Positions 51,532-60,823 of a stretch of DNA of 64,000 nt are shown here, one piece after another. Positions within the stretch are counted from its first letter, which is position 1. The number at the start of each line of letters is the position of its first letter. The DNA is from Thermoplasmatales archaeon (GTDB lineage: Archaea > Thermoplasmatota > Thermoplasmata > Thermoplasmatales > Thermoplasmataceae). Position numbers and translations under genes: made by a program. Where the stretch lies: assembly GCA_027310185.1 (NCBI GenBank), contig DAIDBH010000014.1:64001-128000 (forward strand), in the 5' to 3' direction. The notes beneath the pieces were generated by a model. It saw only the letters and a program-made list of their open reading frames with translations. It was not told the origin of the DNA and did no database searches.

Positions 51532-51873
51532 ATGTCTATAATGGACTTCTTCAAAACACCTCCCAACTTAAATGAATTAACGCCAGAGGAAGTAAAATCA
51601 AAGATAACGGAAGGGAACACAAAGATTGTAGATGTCAGGACAAAAAGAGAATACGAATCAGGTCATATTAAGGAAGCTGCCTCAATACCATTAAGCAGGA
51701 TAAAGAAAATGGCAAAAGAACTTTCATCAGACGAGGAATATATTCTAATTTGTGCAACAGGACATAGGAGTAGAGCTGCTGGAGCCACACTCCTAAGAAG
51801 AGGGTTTAAGCACGTATCTCATCTGAAGGGTGGTATGGGAGCATGGAAAAAGATGGAAAAACACGAAAAGTAA
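51532..51873 (+). CDS. Single-domain rhodanese
   Basis: VDVRT..EYESGHI, CATGHRS, LKGGMGAW. Start uncertain (51523, 51532 or 51541). Confidence 0.9.
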   Translation: MSIMDFFKTPPNLNELTPEEVKSKITEGNTKIVDVRTKREYESGHIKEAASIPLSRIKKMAKELSSDEEYILICATGHRSRAAGATLLRRGFKHVSHLKGGMGAWKKMEKHEK

Positions 51874-51874
51874 T

Positions 51875-52480
51875 TTACTCAGTCTTTTGAGTGTATGAAC
51901 ATCTAATAAATTCCTTGTCTTTTTTAATGCTGAAGTTAAGGTTAAGTTCTCTTCCAATTTCCGTGAACTTTTCTTCACTCATTGTATGGCTATTGGCGAT
52001 TCTTTTATAGAATGTTGTTTGGGGCTGAAGTTCGTAAATGTTGAGTGTCCCTTGCGGTTTTAAAAAATTCATAATGTAAGTAATAGATTCATTTCTCTGT
52101 TTCCAGTGATGAAAGCTCATACTTACATAAATCATTTCAAATTTGGATTCTGACGGAATCATTCTGCTACTACCCTGCTTGAATTCTGTATTTCCTGTCA
52201 AACCCATTTTCTTAGCCTTTGCTGTTGCTATTTTTATCATTTCCCCTGAGGGATCTATACCTAAATATGATGCTGATCGATTTAATTTACTGAAAGAAAG
52301 AAGCATATTGCCTGTGCCACAGCCTATATCCAGTACCTTTGTAACCTTATATGATACCAGATCGCCTAACACAAATTTATTGTATCTCCTGAAGACAGGA
52401 ATAACCTTGGATATATTATAGAAATGAGATGATATGGCCCCAAACTTTTCCTCTCCTTCAATATAGAAGTCCTCATCCAT
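51875..52480 (-). CDS. Class I SAM-dependent methyltransferase
   Basis: VLDIGCGTG, GIDPS, SFHHW. Confidence 0.9.
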   Translation of the reverse strand: MDEDFYIEGEEKFGAISSHFYNISKVIPVFRRYNKFVLGDLVSYKVTKVLDIGCGTGNMLLSFSKLNRSASYLGIDPSGEMIKIATAKAKKMGLTGNTEFKQGSSRMIPSESKFEMIYVSMSFHHWKQRNESITYIMNFLKPQGTLNIYELQPQTTFYKRIANSHTMSEEKFTEIGRELNLNFSIKKDKEFIRCSYTQKTE

Positions 52481-52688
52481 ATTTAGCTATATTTCAAGCA
52501 TAGAATAACGTTTCTATTTTCTTCTTTAAATTTTTTAACTTAGAATGTCAAACATTTCAGATGAAAACTCAAGGTGACGTTTTTTATGCAGTAATAAACG
52601 TTATGTTACTAGAATCAGTCTTCTAAATACAGAATTGCATTAAGATACAAAATAGCAGATTCTTGAACTTTTGTCATTTATTTCCTTA

Positions 52689-52762
52689 CGGGCTTGCCGG
52701 GATTTGAACCCGGGTCCTCGGCTTCGAAGGCCATTAGGATATCCTAGCTACCCCACAAGCCC
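52689..52762 (-). tRNA. trnR-UCG: tRNA-Arg (anticodon UCG), no intron, CCA not encoded
   Basis: Reverse complement GGGCTTG...CTTCGAA...CCGGGTTCAAATCCCGG-CAAGCCC-G folds as a cloverleaf with a full acceptor stem and T arm. Confidence 0.93.
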
Positions 52763-52943
52763 TTTTCATAATTGTTTCATTAATCAATATCTTTATGATT
52801 GCATCTGTCCACTGTCACAAAATCCAGTATCTTTATCTGAGCAATTCGAGTTAACGCAGGTTGAAAATTTCAATAGTTCAGACAATAAATATACTGAAAA
52901 ATTGAAAACATTAATAACATGAATTGATTTAACAAATTCAGAA

Positions 52944-53531
52944 ATGATTAGTATGGGAGAAGAGAAACTTACCTATGTTATACCTGGTGACATTCTGGCT
53001 TATTCAGAAGAATATTTGCCAGGAAGGAACACACTGGAAGAAAATTCAAGAATAGTTTCTGTTACGTCAGGAGAAGTCAGGAAAAACGAAAAAGAGCTTA
53101 TTGCCAGTGTAGATAATGGAATACAGAAAATTCGACCAAAGAATGAGGATATAGTTTACGGCAAAATTATAAAGAACGATTCAAGACAGGTTTCTGTCCA
53201 GATAGTGGGCATAGAGATAAATGGAAAACTTGAGAACTATATGGCAGATGGATACATCAGAAACATGCAGGATTATAAGAAGGATGATAGAAGAGCACAG
53301 ACTGTGCATATAGGAGACCTAATAAGAGGAAAGGTGATCAGGGTCGGTCAAAATCTAGAAATAACCTTGAGTGGGAACAGACTTGGTGTTCTCAAGTCAA
53401 GGTGCTCGAGATGCAGAGAAGTGCTTGTTCTTAAAAACGGCGTTCTTTTCTGCGAGAACTGCAACAGGAGTGAGATGAGAAAAATAGCTCCTGATTACGG
53501 GGCACCTGAATTTGGGGAGATGAAAAGATGA
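52944..53531 (+). CDS. csl4: Exosome RNA-binding subunit Csl4
   Basis: VIPGD..AYSEEYLPG, S1 domain, LGVLKSRCSRC...CENC...RKIA zinc ribbon. Confidence 0.93.
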   Translation: MISMGEEKLTYVIPGDILAYSEEYLPGRNTLEENSRIVSVTSGEVRKNEKELIASVDNGIQKIRPKNEDIVYGKIIKNDSRQVSVQIVGIEINGKLENYMADGYIRNMQDYKKDDRRAQTVHIGDLIRGKVIRVGQNLEITLSGNRLGVLKSRCSRCREVLVLKNGVLFCENCNRSEMRKIAPDYGAPEFGEMKR

Positions 53532-53680
53532 AAGGAGAAACCAACATAAAGGATATAGAAAGACTCAACAAGGATATAGTGAGCTTGAGGAAGGAAGTCG
53601 ATGACATGAAGGACGTCATTAGAGGACTGATACAGTTCATAATGAGGAAGGAAGATATTGACAGCGAGGAATATAACTGA
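53528..53680 (+). CDS. 50-aa coiled-coil microprotein (below track cutoff)
   Basis: MKGETNIKDIERLNKDIVSLRKEVDDMKDVIRGLIQFIMRKEDIDSEEYN; ATGA overlap with the csl4 stop; fills the gap to lsm. Confidence 0.75.
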   Translation: MKGETNIKDIERLNKDIVSLRKEVDDMKDVIRGLIQFIMRKEDIDSEEYN

Positions 53681-53689
53681 GTGATAAAA

Positions 53690-53905
53690 ATGATAGTACC
53701 GATGAAAGTATTGGAAGAAAATTTAAACAAAAAAGTATCGTTATTGCTAAAGGATAACAGGACCCTGGAAGGTGTGCTGACAGGATATGACGAGTACATG
53801 AACATGGTCATGGGGTCAGTGGAAGAGACTGGGGAAGAACTTAACAGAAAACTAGGAACTGTGATAATTAGAGGAAGCAACGTAGTAAGAATTGTACCAA
53901 TTTAA
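53690..53905 (+). CDS. lsm: Sm-like archaeal protein (Lsm/SmAP)
   Basis: LEGVLTGYDEYMNMV (Sm1) and IIRGSNVV (Sm2). Likely start ATG 53690. Confidence 0.95.
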   Translation: MIVPMKVLEENLNKKVSLLLKDNRTLEGVLTGYDEYMNMVMGSVEETGEELNRKLGTVIIRGSNVVRIVPI

Positions 53906-53956
53906 TAAAACAACTCAATAAAAATAAATTTAATTATTAATTATTAATCATGCAGT

Positions 53957-54274
53957 ATGCCATCGGTTAGAAGGAAAGATCCGAATAAAATTATAGCTCA
54001 GAGAAGAGAGAGCAATAACTTGAGGAATATTCCAGACATTCTCATTCCGATTTGGCAGATAAAGATAAGAGAGAGGTTTGGCATCGATGTGGATAGGGAG
54101 ATAGCCAGATATATAGTTCTCGCAGCACATGAAGAAGGGACATGGAAGAAACAAAGGGCTATAAGAAAAATAGAGGATATACTGAGATCAAGAGGAATGT
54201 CCAGGGAGACCTCAAAGAAGGTAGCAGTTGATGTAATTAAGATGGCTATTGGTGGAAAGAGCAGGGAAGATTGA
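53957..54274 (+). CDS. Basic hypothetical protein
   Basis: 105-aa Arg/Lys-rich ORF; TTGA overlap with the next gene. Confidence 0.75.
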   Translation: MPSVRRKDPNKIIAQRRESNNLRNIPDILIPIWQIKIRERFGIDVDREIARYIVLAAHEEGTWKKQRAIRKIEDILRSRGMSRETSKKVAVDVIKMAIGGKSRED

Positions 54275-54873
54275 AACTTTCGAAAAAAGATCTTGAGATA
54301 AAATTATCAAAACTGGAACCATTAAAAAAACCAAAGAACGAACTGGAGCAATATTCAACAGATTCTGTTCTTGCTTCTGAGGTCTTAAATCTTGCGTTTG
54401 TGAATGGAGATATAGCGGGAAAAAAAGTTCTGGATGCTGGTAGTGGTAATGGGATTTTTTCCTACGGTTCTATCTATTTTGGTGCCAGGTTTGTTACAGC
54501 ACTGGAAATTGATAAAGATCAGGAAGAAGTACTTAAGAAGAATCTGAATGATCTTAAAAACGTTGAAATTGTAATAGGTGACATAAGGAAGATTGATGGC
54601 CACTGGGATACAGTAATTTGTAATACACCCTTTGGTTCAGTTATCAGGGACTCAGACCTGCCGTTTCTTGAGAATATATTTAGAATAGGCGACTTCATCT
54701 ATCTCATTCATAACTGGAAAGTGAAGGACTTTGTTCTTGAATTCTTAAGGAATCGGGCAACCGTTCTGGCATATACGAAAAAGAAGCTCATAATTCCAAG
54801 AACTTACGCTCATCACGAGAAGGATAGGGCAACTATTGATGTGCTGTTGTTATACGCAAAAAGACTGGAATAG
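54271..54873 (+). CDS. METTL5-family N6-adenine RNA methyltransferase
   Basis: LEIKLSKL...LEQYST, VLDAGSGNG, NTPFG (NPPF variant), YAHH. Confidence 0.88.
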   Translation: MKLSKKDLEIKLSKLEPLKKPKNELEQYSTDSVLASEVLNLAFVNGDIAGKKVLDAGSGNGIFSYGSIYFGARFVTALEIDKDQEEVLKKNLNDLKNVEIVIGDIRKIDGHWDTVICNTPFGSVIRDSDLPFLENIFRIGDFIYLIHNWKVKDFVLEFLRNRATVLAYTKKKLIIPRTYAHHEKDRATIDVLLLYAKRLE

Positions 54874-54878
54874 GATGT

Positions 54879-55010
54879 TCAATCCTTTTCAAGCTTCTTG
54901 TAGTCATTGAAGGTCTTTCCATCACCTGACATGTATTTCTTGGTTACATCTACCCATACATAGAAACAACCATCAAATATGCCTTCCTCTTCCTGCTTTA
55001 TTTCGCTCAT
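54879..55010 (-). CDS. 43-aa microprotein (below track cutoff)
   Basis: MSEIKQEEEGIFDGCFYVWVDVTKKYMSGDGKTFNDYKKLEKD; ATGA overlap with the hydrolase stop; fills the intergenic gap. Confidence 0.6.
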   Translation of the reverse strand: MSEIKQEEEGIFDGCFYVWVDVTKKYMSGDGKTFNDYKKLEKD

Positions 55011-55798
55011 TTCAGGTACCTCCTGTAGAAATATTTCACCCTTTCCCATGCATCTTCTGAAGCTTCCCGGTTATAACTCATTCCAGTATCATTGAAAAAG
55101 GCGTGATATGTTCCCGGATACATCTTCATTTCAAAATCAGTCTTATATCTTACTACCCTTTCCATTACCTGCGGGAGAGTTGCATTTATACCACTATCCT
55201 CACCAGCGTAGATTCCAAATAACGCCCCCTTGATGTGTTCCATGTCGTCAAGATTTCTAGGGCTTGCACCATAGAATATAACTGAAGCTTCAAATTCTTT
55301 TGATGTTGATATCTGGAATGCAAGTCCTCCGCCCATGCAGAATCCAACTACTCCTTTCTTCCCAACACCTTTCATCTCCTGATCATAAAGATTAGCGAGA
55401 TCTGATAGCATCCGCTTTTCCATGAGTTCTCTCTTTTCGGAAACAAAGTTGAAAATTTGTTTTCCCACCGGAGACAGCTTTCCCATTACCTCCTTTATTG
55501 CTGCTGGATCCCTCCTCTTTTCTGGTGGAAGTGACCACATTGGGCGCATCGCGTCCATTATATTCTCCTCAGTGAATACCTGTTTATCCTCTGGTCTTGA
55601 ATAAAGGTCAGGTGCAATTACATCATACCCTTCCTTTGCCAGTCTCCTGCTGAAGGATTTTATGAATGCTGTTAGCCCCCAGATTTCAGAAATGACCATT
55701 ATCTTCCCCCTGCTACCCTCGGTTTTGATCTCAAGGAAATCAAGGTTCTGACCATTTTCAACGTGGAACTTTTTCATTGACTCTGTCAATTCCGTCAT
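55007..55798 (-). CDS. Dienelactone hydrolase family protein
   Basis: EIWGL, APDLY, GFCMGG nucleophile elbow, YPGTYHAF. Confidence 0.92.
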   Translation of the reverse strand: MTELTESMKKFHVENGQNLDFLEIKTEGSRGKIMVISEIWGLTAFIKSFSRRLAKEGYDVIAPDLYSRPEDKQVFTEENIMDAMRPMWSLPPEKRRDPAAIKEVMGKLSPVGKQIFNFVSEKRELMEKRMLSDLANLYDQEMKGVGKKGVVGFCMGGGLAFQISTSKEFEASVIFYGASPRNLDDMEHIKGALFGIYAGEDSGINATLPQVMERVVRYKTDFEMKMYPGTYHAFFNDTGMSYNREASEDAWERVKYFYRRYLK

Positions 55799-55840
55799 AT
55801 CCTCTAATGCTAAAAATTGTATAAAAAATTATGTTTCCTT

Positions 55841-56758
55841 TTAATGGCTTAAAAGGTAAACAATAGCTGCCTTAGCACTGTGCAGCCTGTTTTCGGCTTC
55901 CTGGAAAATTACACTGTTGATGCTATCCGCCACTTCATCTGTTACTTCAAGGCCCCTATGGGCAGGGAGGCAGTGCATAAATATATAGTCCTTTCTTGCA
56001 TTTTTTACAAGTTCACTGTTGACCTGGAATGGCTTAAGGTCTCTTTCCTTCTCTTCCCTCTGTTTCTCCTCACCCATGGAAACCCAAACGTCTGTATATA
56101 TTATATCTGCAGCCTCTACTGCTTCGTCAGGTTTATCTGTCAGGGTTACGATGCTTCCAGTTTCCTTTGCTATTTTTTTTGCCTTTTCTATGAATGACTG
56201 GTCTGGCATATGATTCTTCGGTGTTCCGATAGAGATATCCATTCCAGTCATTGCACAGGTCAGTACAAGTGAATTAACCATGTTGTTTCCATCGCCGACA
56301 TAGGAAAATTTCTTGCCGTGAAAATCTCCCTTCTTTTCAGCTATGGTCATGAAATCTGCTATCATCTGAAGAGGATGCTCCTGATTGTCAAGAGCGTTGA
56401 TTACAGGGACTGAAGAGTATTTTGCAAGCTTGACCACGTTTTCATGGCTGAATGCCCTGTATGTGATAATGTCAAGCATTCCTGAAAGGACTCTTGAAGT
56501 GTCCTCCACTGTCTCTCCCCTGCCCATCTGCATGTCAGAGGGGTTAAGGTAAAGTGCGTTTCCTCCAAGCTGGTACATTGCTGTTTCCAGAGAAACTCTG
56601 GTTCTTGTGCTGGATTTCTCGAAGATCATGCCCATGGATCTGCCCTCAACCCATGGGTTTGTCTGGTATCTTGATCTCTTGAACTTCAACCCCAGATTTA
56701 CTATCTCGTTAAAGTCGTCCCTGATATCAAGAATTGATACCAAATCTTTTTTAATCAT
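55841..56758 (-). CDS. argF: Ornithine carbamoyltransferase
   Basis: SSTRTR, HPLQ, DVWVSMG, HCLP. Likely start ATG 56758. Confidence 0.96.
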   Translation of the reverse strand: MIKKDLVSILDIRDDFNEIVNLGLKFKRSRYQTNPWVEGRSMGMIFEKSSTRTRVSLETAMYQLGGNALYLNPSDMQMGRGETVEDTSRVLSGMLDIITYRAFSHENVVKLAKYSSVPVINALDNQEHPLQMIADFMTIAEKKGDFHGKKFSYVGDGNNMVNSLVLTCAMTGMDISIGTPKNHMPDQSFIEKAKKIAKETGSIVTLTDKPDEAVEAADIIYTDVWVSMGEEKQREEKERDLKPFQVNSELVKNARKDYIFMHCLPAHRGLEVTDEVADSINSVIFQEAENRLHSAKAAIVYLLSH

Positions 56759-56763
56759 GCCGA

Positions 56764-57621
56764 TCACTCCAGCAATGAAGGTACATCTGTGGGGTATTCT
56801 GCAACCTTTACTCCAGCTGCATTGAATGCCTTAATCTTAGATTCCGCAGTTCCAACTCCCTTCTCAATGATGGCGCCTGCATGCCCCATTCTCTTTCCTG
56901 GTGGTGCGCTTCTTCCTGTTATATACGCTACAACCTTCTTTGTGATATGCTTTTGTATATACTGGGCTGCAAGCTCTTCATTGCTGCCCCCTATTTCACC
57001 AACCAGAACTATTTTTTCAGTATCCGGGTCTTTCTCATACTGCTTCAGTACATCTATGTAATTTAATCCAACAACCGGATCTCCACCGAGACCGATGACT
57101 GTGCTTTCACCCATTCCACTCTTGGTGACCGCGTCCACAATTTCATAGGTTAGTGTTCCGCTCCTTGATGCGATACCAACATTACCTTTCCTGAATATTT
57201 TGTTTGGCATGATTCCGATCTTGCATTTGCCTACTGCTGTTATACCCGGCCCATTTGGCCCAATTACAACTGCACCCTTTCTCCTGGCATTGTGTACTAT
57301 CTCCATTGAATCGTGGAAAGGTACGTGCTCAGTGAGTATATATATGAAGTTGATTCCTGAATCGATAGCCTCGAATGCTGCATCCTTTACAAATGGTGCA
57401 GGAACACTGATCATAGTGGCGTCTGGCTTGAATTCCATTGCATCCCTTACTGAACCAACTATTGGTACCTTGTCCATGAATTTAGTTCCAGCCTTTCCTG
57501 GTGAAACACCTGCAACAACCTTTGTTCCGAATGCAAGCATTTCTCCGGCATGAAATGCACCCTGATGCCCTGTTATACCCTGAACAATCACTTTTGTATT
57601 TTCATCAACATAAACACTCAT
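56764..57621 (-). CDS. sucD: Succinyl-CoA synthetase alpha subunit
   Basis: QGITG, GPNGPG, SRSGTLTYE, RMGHAGA. Confidence 0.97.
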   Translation of the reverse strand: MSVYVDENTKVIVQGITGHQGAFHAGEMLAFGTKVVAGVSPGKAGTKFMDKVPIVGSVRDAMEFKPDATMISVPAPFVKDAAFEAIDSGINFIYILTEHVPFHDSMEIVHNARRKGAVVIGPNGPGITAVGKCKIGIMPNKIFRKGNVGIASRSGTLTYEIVDAVTKSGMGESTVIGLGGDPVVGLNYIDVLKQYEKDPDTEKIVLVGEIGGSNEELAAQYIQKHITKKVVAYITGRSAPPGKRMGHAGAIIEKGVGTAESKIKAFNAAGVKVAEYPTDVPSLLE

Positions 57622-57622
57622 T

Positions 57623-58729
57623 TTAATTACCCCCTGCTAATTTTACAACTCTCTCTATGGCTTCCATCATCGTTGGGAATGAATCAATATTACTGTCCTT
57701 CAGGATCTTCCTTCCTTCATCATCCCTTACACCACTCAATCTAACAACAATTGGCTGTGTGATTGAGAGTTTATTCTTTGCCATTACTATCCCGTTTGCA
57801 ACTGTATCACATTTGGTGACCCCGCCAAAGATGTTGACAAGTATTGCCTTTGGCTTTGCCTTAAGGACAAGATCAAAAGCGTTTGCAACTATGTCCGAGT
57901 TATCTGTTCCTCCGAGATCTAAGAAGTTCCTCGGCTTTCCCTTGTGAAGAGTGAGTGCGTCAAGAGTTGCCATTGTTAACCCAGCACCATTCGCAATAAC
58001 TCCAATGTTCCCGTCGAGTTCGATGAACGCATAGCCTTTCTGGGAAGCCTCAAGTTCCAGTGGTGTCTTCTCTGGATCAACTACTTCAAATTCCTTGTGC
58101 CTGTATACTGAATCACTGTCAACGACAACCTTAGAATCTGCAGCTATTAACTTTCCTTCCTCTGTTATGACAAGAGGATTTATTTCAACAAGCTCACAAT
58201 CTTCCTCTACCCATATTTTATACAGTATTTTCAGGATGGACATGAACTGTTTAGCAATATCAGGTTCAAGCTTCATGAATGCTACAGCTTCCCTTCCTAT
58301 GAAATCAGAGTATCCTAGAATTGGGTCTATGTGTCTTGTATAAAGCTGATCGTGTGGTATAGACTCTATCTCGACTCCGCCCTGTGTTGTTGCTATTAGA
58401 ATTGGTTCCTTCTCTGTTCTGTCCAGGGCAATACTGACATACATTTCCTTTTTGATGTGAATCATTTCTTCAATCAGGACCTTTGTTACGGTTAATCCCC
58501 TAATTTTTGCTCCAAGTAATTCCTTGACACCGTCATTGAGTTCCTGCTGGGACCTGGCAAATTTTATTCCTCCAGATTTACCTCTTCCTCCCAGAAGAAT
58601 CTGTGACTTAACTACCACTGGCTTCTCAAAATTCCTGATGTCTGATTCCTTTTCCACAAGATAGCTTTCCGGTACTGGAATACCGTACTTCCTAAAAATC
58701 TGTTTTCCCATATACTCGTAAAGATTCAT
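57623..58729 (-). CDS. sucC: Succinyl-CoA synthetase beta subunit
   Basis: MNLYEY, GGRGKSGG, EINPL, NGAGLTMAT, NFLDLGG. Confidence 0.97.
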   Translation of the reverse strand: MNLYEYMGKQIFRKYGIPVPESYLVEKESDIRNFEKPVVVKSQILLGGRGKSGGIKFARSQQELNDGVKELLGAKIRGLTVTKVLIEEMIHIKKEMYVSIALDRTEKEPILIATTQGGVEIESIPHDQLYTRHIDPILGYSDFIGREAVAFMKLEPDIAKQFMSILKILYKIWVEEDCELVEINPLVITEEGKLIAADSKVVVDSDSVYRHKEFEVVDPEKTPLELEASQKGYAFIELDGNIGVIANGAGLTMATLDALTLHKGKPRNFLDLGGTDNSDIVANAFDLVLKAKPKAILVNIFGGVTKCDTVANGIVMAKNKLSITQPIVVRLSGVRDDEGRKILKDSNIDSFPTMMEAIERVVKLAGGN

Positions 58730-58975
58730 ATTTTACCGTAAGGCAATTACATAAAAGGATAAATAATATTTTACATTATATTAACTTTTTAGGCCTGCTT
58801 GATCTCAATTCTAAATTGTGTAAAATTATATTTTTAATTATAAGTCATATAAATCCTTTGAACTGGAAATCCAGATGAAAAAAAATTAATTTTTGAATGA
58901 AGAGACACTTAATCTCCTTTACTTTACGATGAATCGGTAAAAACAATAAAAATTTAAATTTTAGAAATGGCTGGT

Positions 58976-60616
58976 TTAGTATGGTGGCATTCCGCCCATA
59001 CCGCCAGCGCCCATTCCACCCATGCCTCCGCCCGGGGATGGTGCACTCTTCTTGCTTGCTATGACATCATCAATTCTCAATATCATGGTAGCAACTTCCA
59101 CTGCGCTCTCAAGTGCATGTCTTTTCACTTTAAGCGGGTCAAATACACCGAGTGCAAACATGTCGGATACTTTGTTTTCACTAAAGTTGATCCCTGTGTT
59201 GATATTTTTCTTTTCGTGCTCTGCCTTAAGCTGTATGAGAGTGTTAATTGGGTCCATACCTGCATTCTCTGCAAGTGTTCTTGGAATGACTTCAAGAGCC
59301 TTGGCAAATGCATCTATGGCAAGCTGCTCCCTTCCGCCAACACTGGCAGCATATGACCTTATTCTGAGTGAAAGCTCAGATTCAACTGCTCCACCACCTG
59401 GCAGTATTTTTCCATCTTCCTTTGTTATGGCAACCACTCTTATGGCGTCGTTCAGTGCCCTTTCAATCTCAGATACAACATGTTCGGTTCCGCCTCTGAT
59501 AAGTATGCTTACTGCCTTTGGATTACTGCACCCAGTCACAAAGGTCATTCTGTCGTCTCCTATCTTCTTCTCTTCAACTCTCTTTGCAGAACCGAGATAG
59601 GATGGTGAAAGATCATCAAGGTTTGTAACCAGCTTTGCACCTGTTGCCTTGGCAAGCTTTTCCATGTCGCTTTTCTTTACCCTTCTGACGGCATAAATCC
59701 CTTCCTTTGCAAGATAGTGCTGGGCAATATCATCTATACCCTTCTGGCAAAGAACAACATTTGCTCCACTCTTCTTTACCTTGGATACCATTGCCTTGAA
59801 TGTGTCAACTTCCTGATCAAGAAAGTCCTGTATCTTGGATGGATCCGAAATCTGGACCTTTGCCTCTATTTCTGTTTTCTTAATTTCAAGTGCTGAATCA
59901 ATAAGTGCTATCTTTGCATCGTTGACTACAGAGGGCATCTTAGAATGAACTTTTTCCTTGTCTATGACAAGACCCATAATCAGTTCAGTTTCGTTCACGC
60001 TTCCTCCACTCTTCTTATCTATCTTTATGCTTGATGGCTCGACAGTGAACTTATGATTCTTTTCTTCAGCTACTGCATTTACTGCCTTTACAATTAACTT
60101 GTAAAGCAAGTCTCCGCCAAGGCCTATATTCTTGCCTGAAAGTGCAGTTCTTGCAACCTGTTCAAGAGATTTGTCATCCTTTACATCCTTTGCAATATTG
60201 TCCAGTTCCTTCTTTGCCTGATTTACTGCCAGCCTGTATCCATTTGCGATAACTGTTGGATGCACTCCCTGTTCCAGTAGTTCCTCTGCCTGCTTCAGGA
60301 ATTCTCCTGCAAGTACGACTGAAGTAGTAGTTCCATCTCCAACTGCTGTATCCTGTGACTTGGCAACTTCAACTATCATCTTGGCCGTAGGGTGATCCAC
60401 ATCCATTTCTTTCAAAATGGTTGCCCCATCATTGGAAATAATGATATCCCCAATGGAGTCGACCAGCATCTTATCCATTCCCTTCGGGCCAAGAGTTGTT
60501 CTCACAGCTTCAGCAATGGCTTTTGCTGCATCTATATTATTCTTCTGTGCATTCTTACCCTGATCCCTGCTTGTACCTTCTTTTAATATAAATATCGGCA
60601 TCTGTCCGTTTAACAT
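58976..60616 (-). CDS. thsA: Thermosome (group II chaperonin) subunit, alpha-type GGM tail
   Basis: [22 protein letters not shown], Gly/Met-rich C-terminus. Confidence 0.95.
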   Translation of the reverse strand: MLNGQMPIFILKEGTSRDQGKNAQKNNIDAAKAIAEAVRTTLGPKGMDKMLVDSIGDIIISNDGATILKEMDVDHPTAKMIVEVAKSQDTAVGDGTTTSVVLAGEFLKQAEELLEQGVHPTVIANGYRLAVNQAKKELDNIAKDVKDDKSLEQVARTALSGKNIGLGGDLLYKLIVKAVNAVAEEKNHKFTVEPSSIKIDKKSGGSVNETELIMGLVIDKEKVHSKMPSVVNDAKIALIDSALEIKKTEIEAKVQISDPSKIQDFLDQEVDTFKAMVSKVKKSGANVVLCQKGIDDIAQHYLAKEGIYAVRRVKKSDMEKLAKATGAKLVTNLDDLSPSYLGSAKRVEEKKIGDDRMTFVTGCSNPKAVSILIRGGTEHVVSEIERALNDAIRVVAITKEDGKILPGGGAVESELSLRIRSYAASVGGREQLAIDAFAKALEVIPRTLAENAGMDPINTLIQLKAEHEKKNINTGINFSENKVSDMFALGVFDPLKVKRHALESAVEVATMILRIDDVIASKKSAPSPGGGMGGMGAGGMGGMPPY

Positions 60617-60823
60617 CTTTGTTCCTCCTTATTTCTACTTGGTAAATTTGTTCTTCAATATAAATCTTATGCATATTTTTACGATAAAAATTAGGTGGGT
60701 GAACTACTCTTTGTTCAGTAGCTTGGTTCCATTTCATAATGTTAGGATAAATGGATATTTGAATGACCAAGACTCAATTTCATTATTGATATTCCCCTGC
60801 CATTATTTCCTTTTTCACCATAT

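Noticed and set aside
52481-52700. Integrated element at the tRNA-Arg 3-prime end
   Set aside because: No integrase and no duplicated tRNA fragment seen; the flanking genes are ordinary.
58979-59040. GC-rich repetitive tract
   Set aside because: It encodes the normal Gly-Gly-Met chaperonin tail.
59022-59600. 192-aa ORF antisense to the thermosome gene, and similar shadow ORFs opposite ALDH, coxA, infB, sucCD, leuS and lsm
   Set aside because: They lie opposite well-supported genes, are rich in Ser/Phe/Ile as expected from reverse-read codon bias, and have no motifs.
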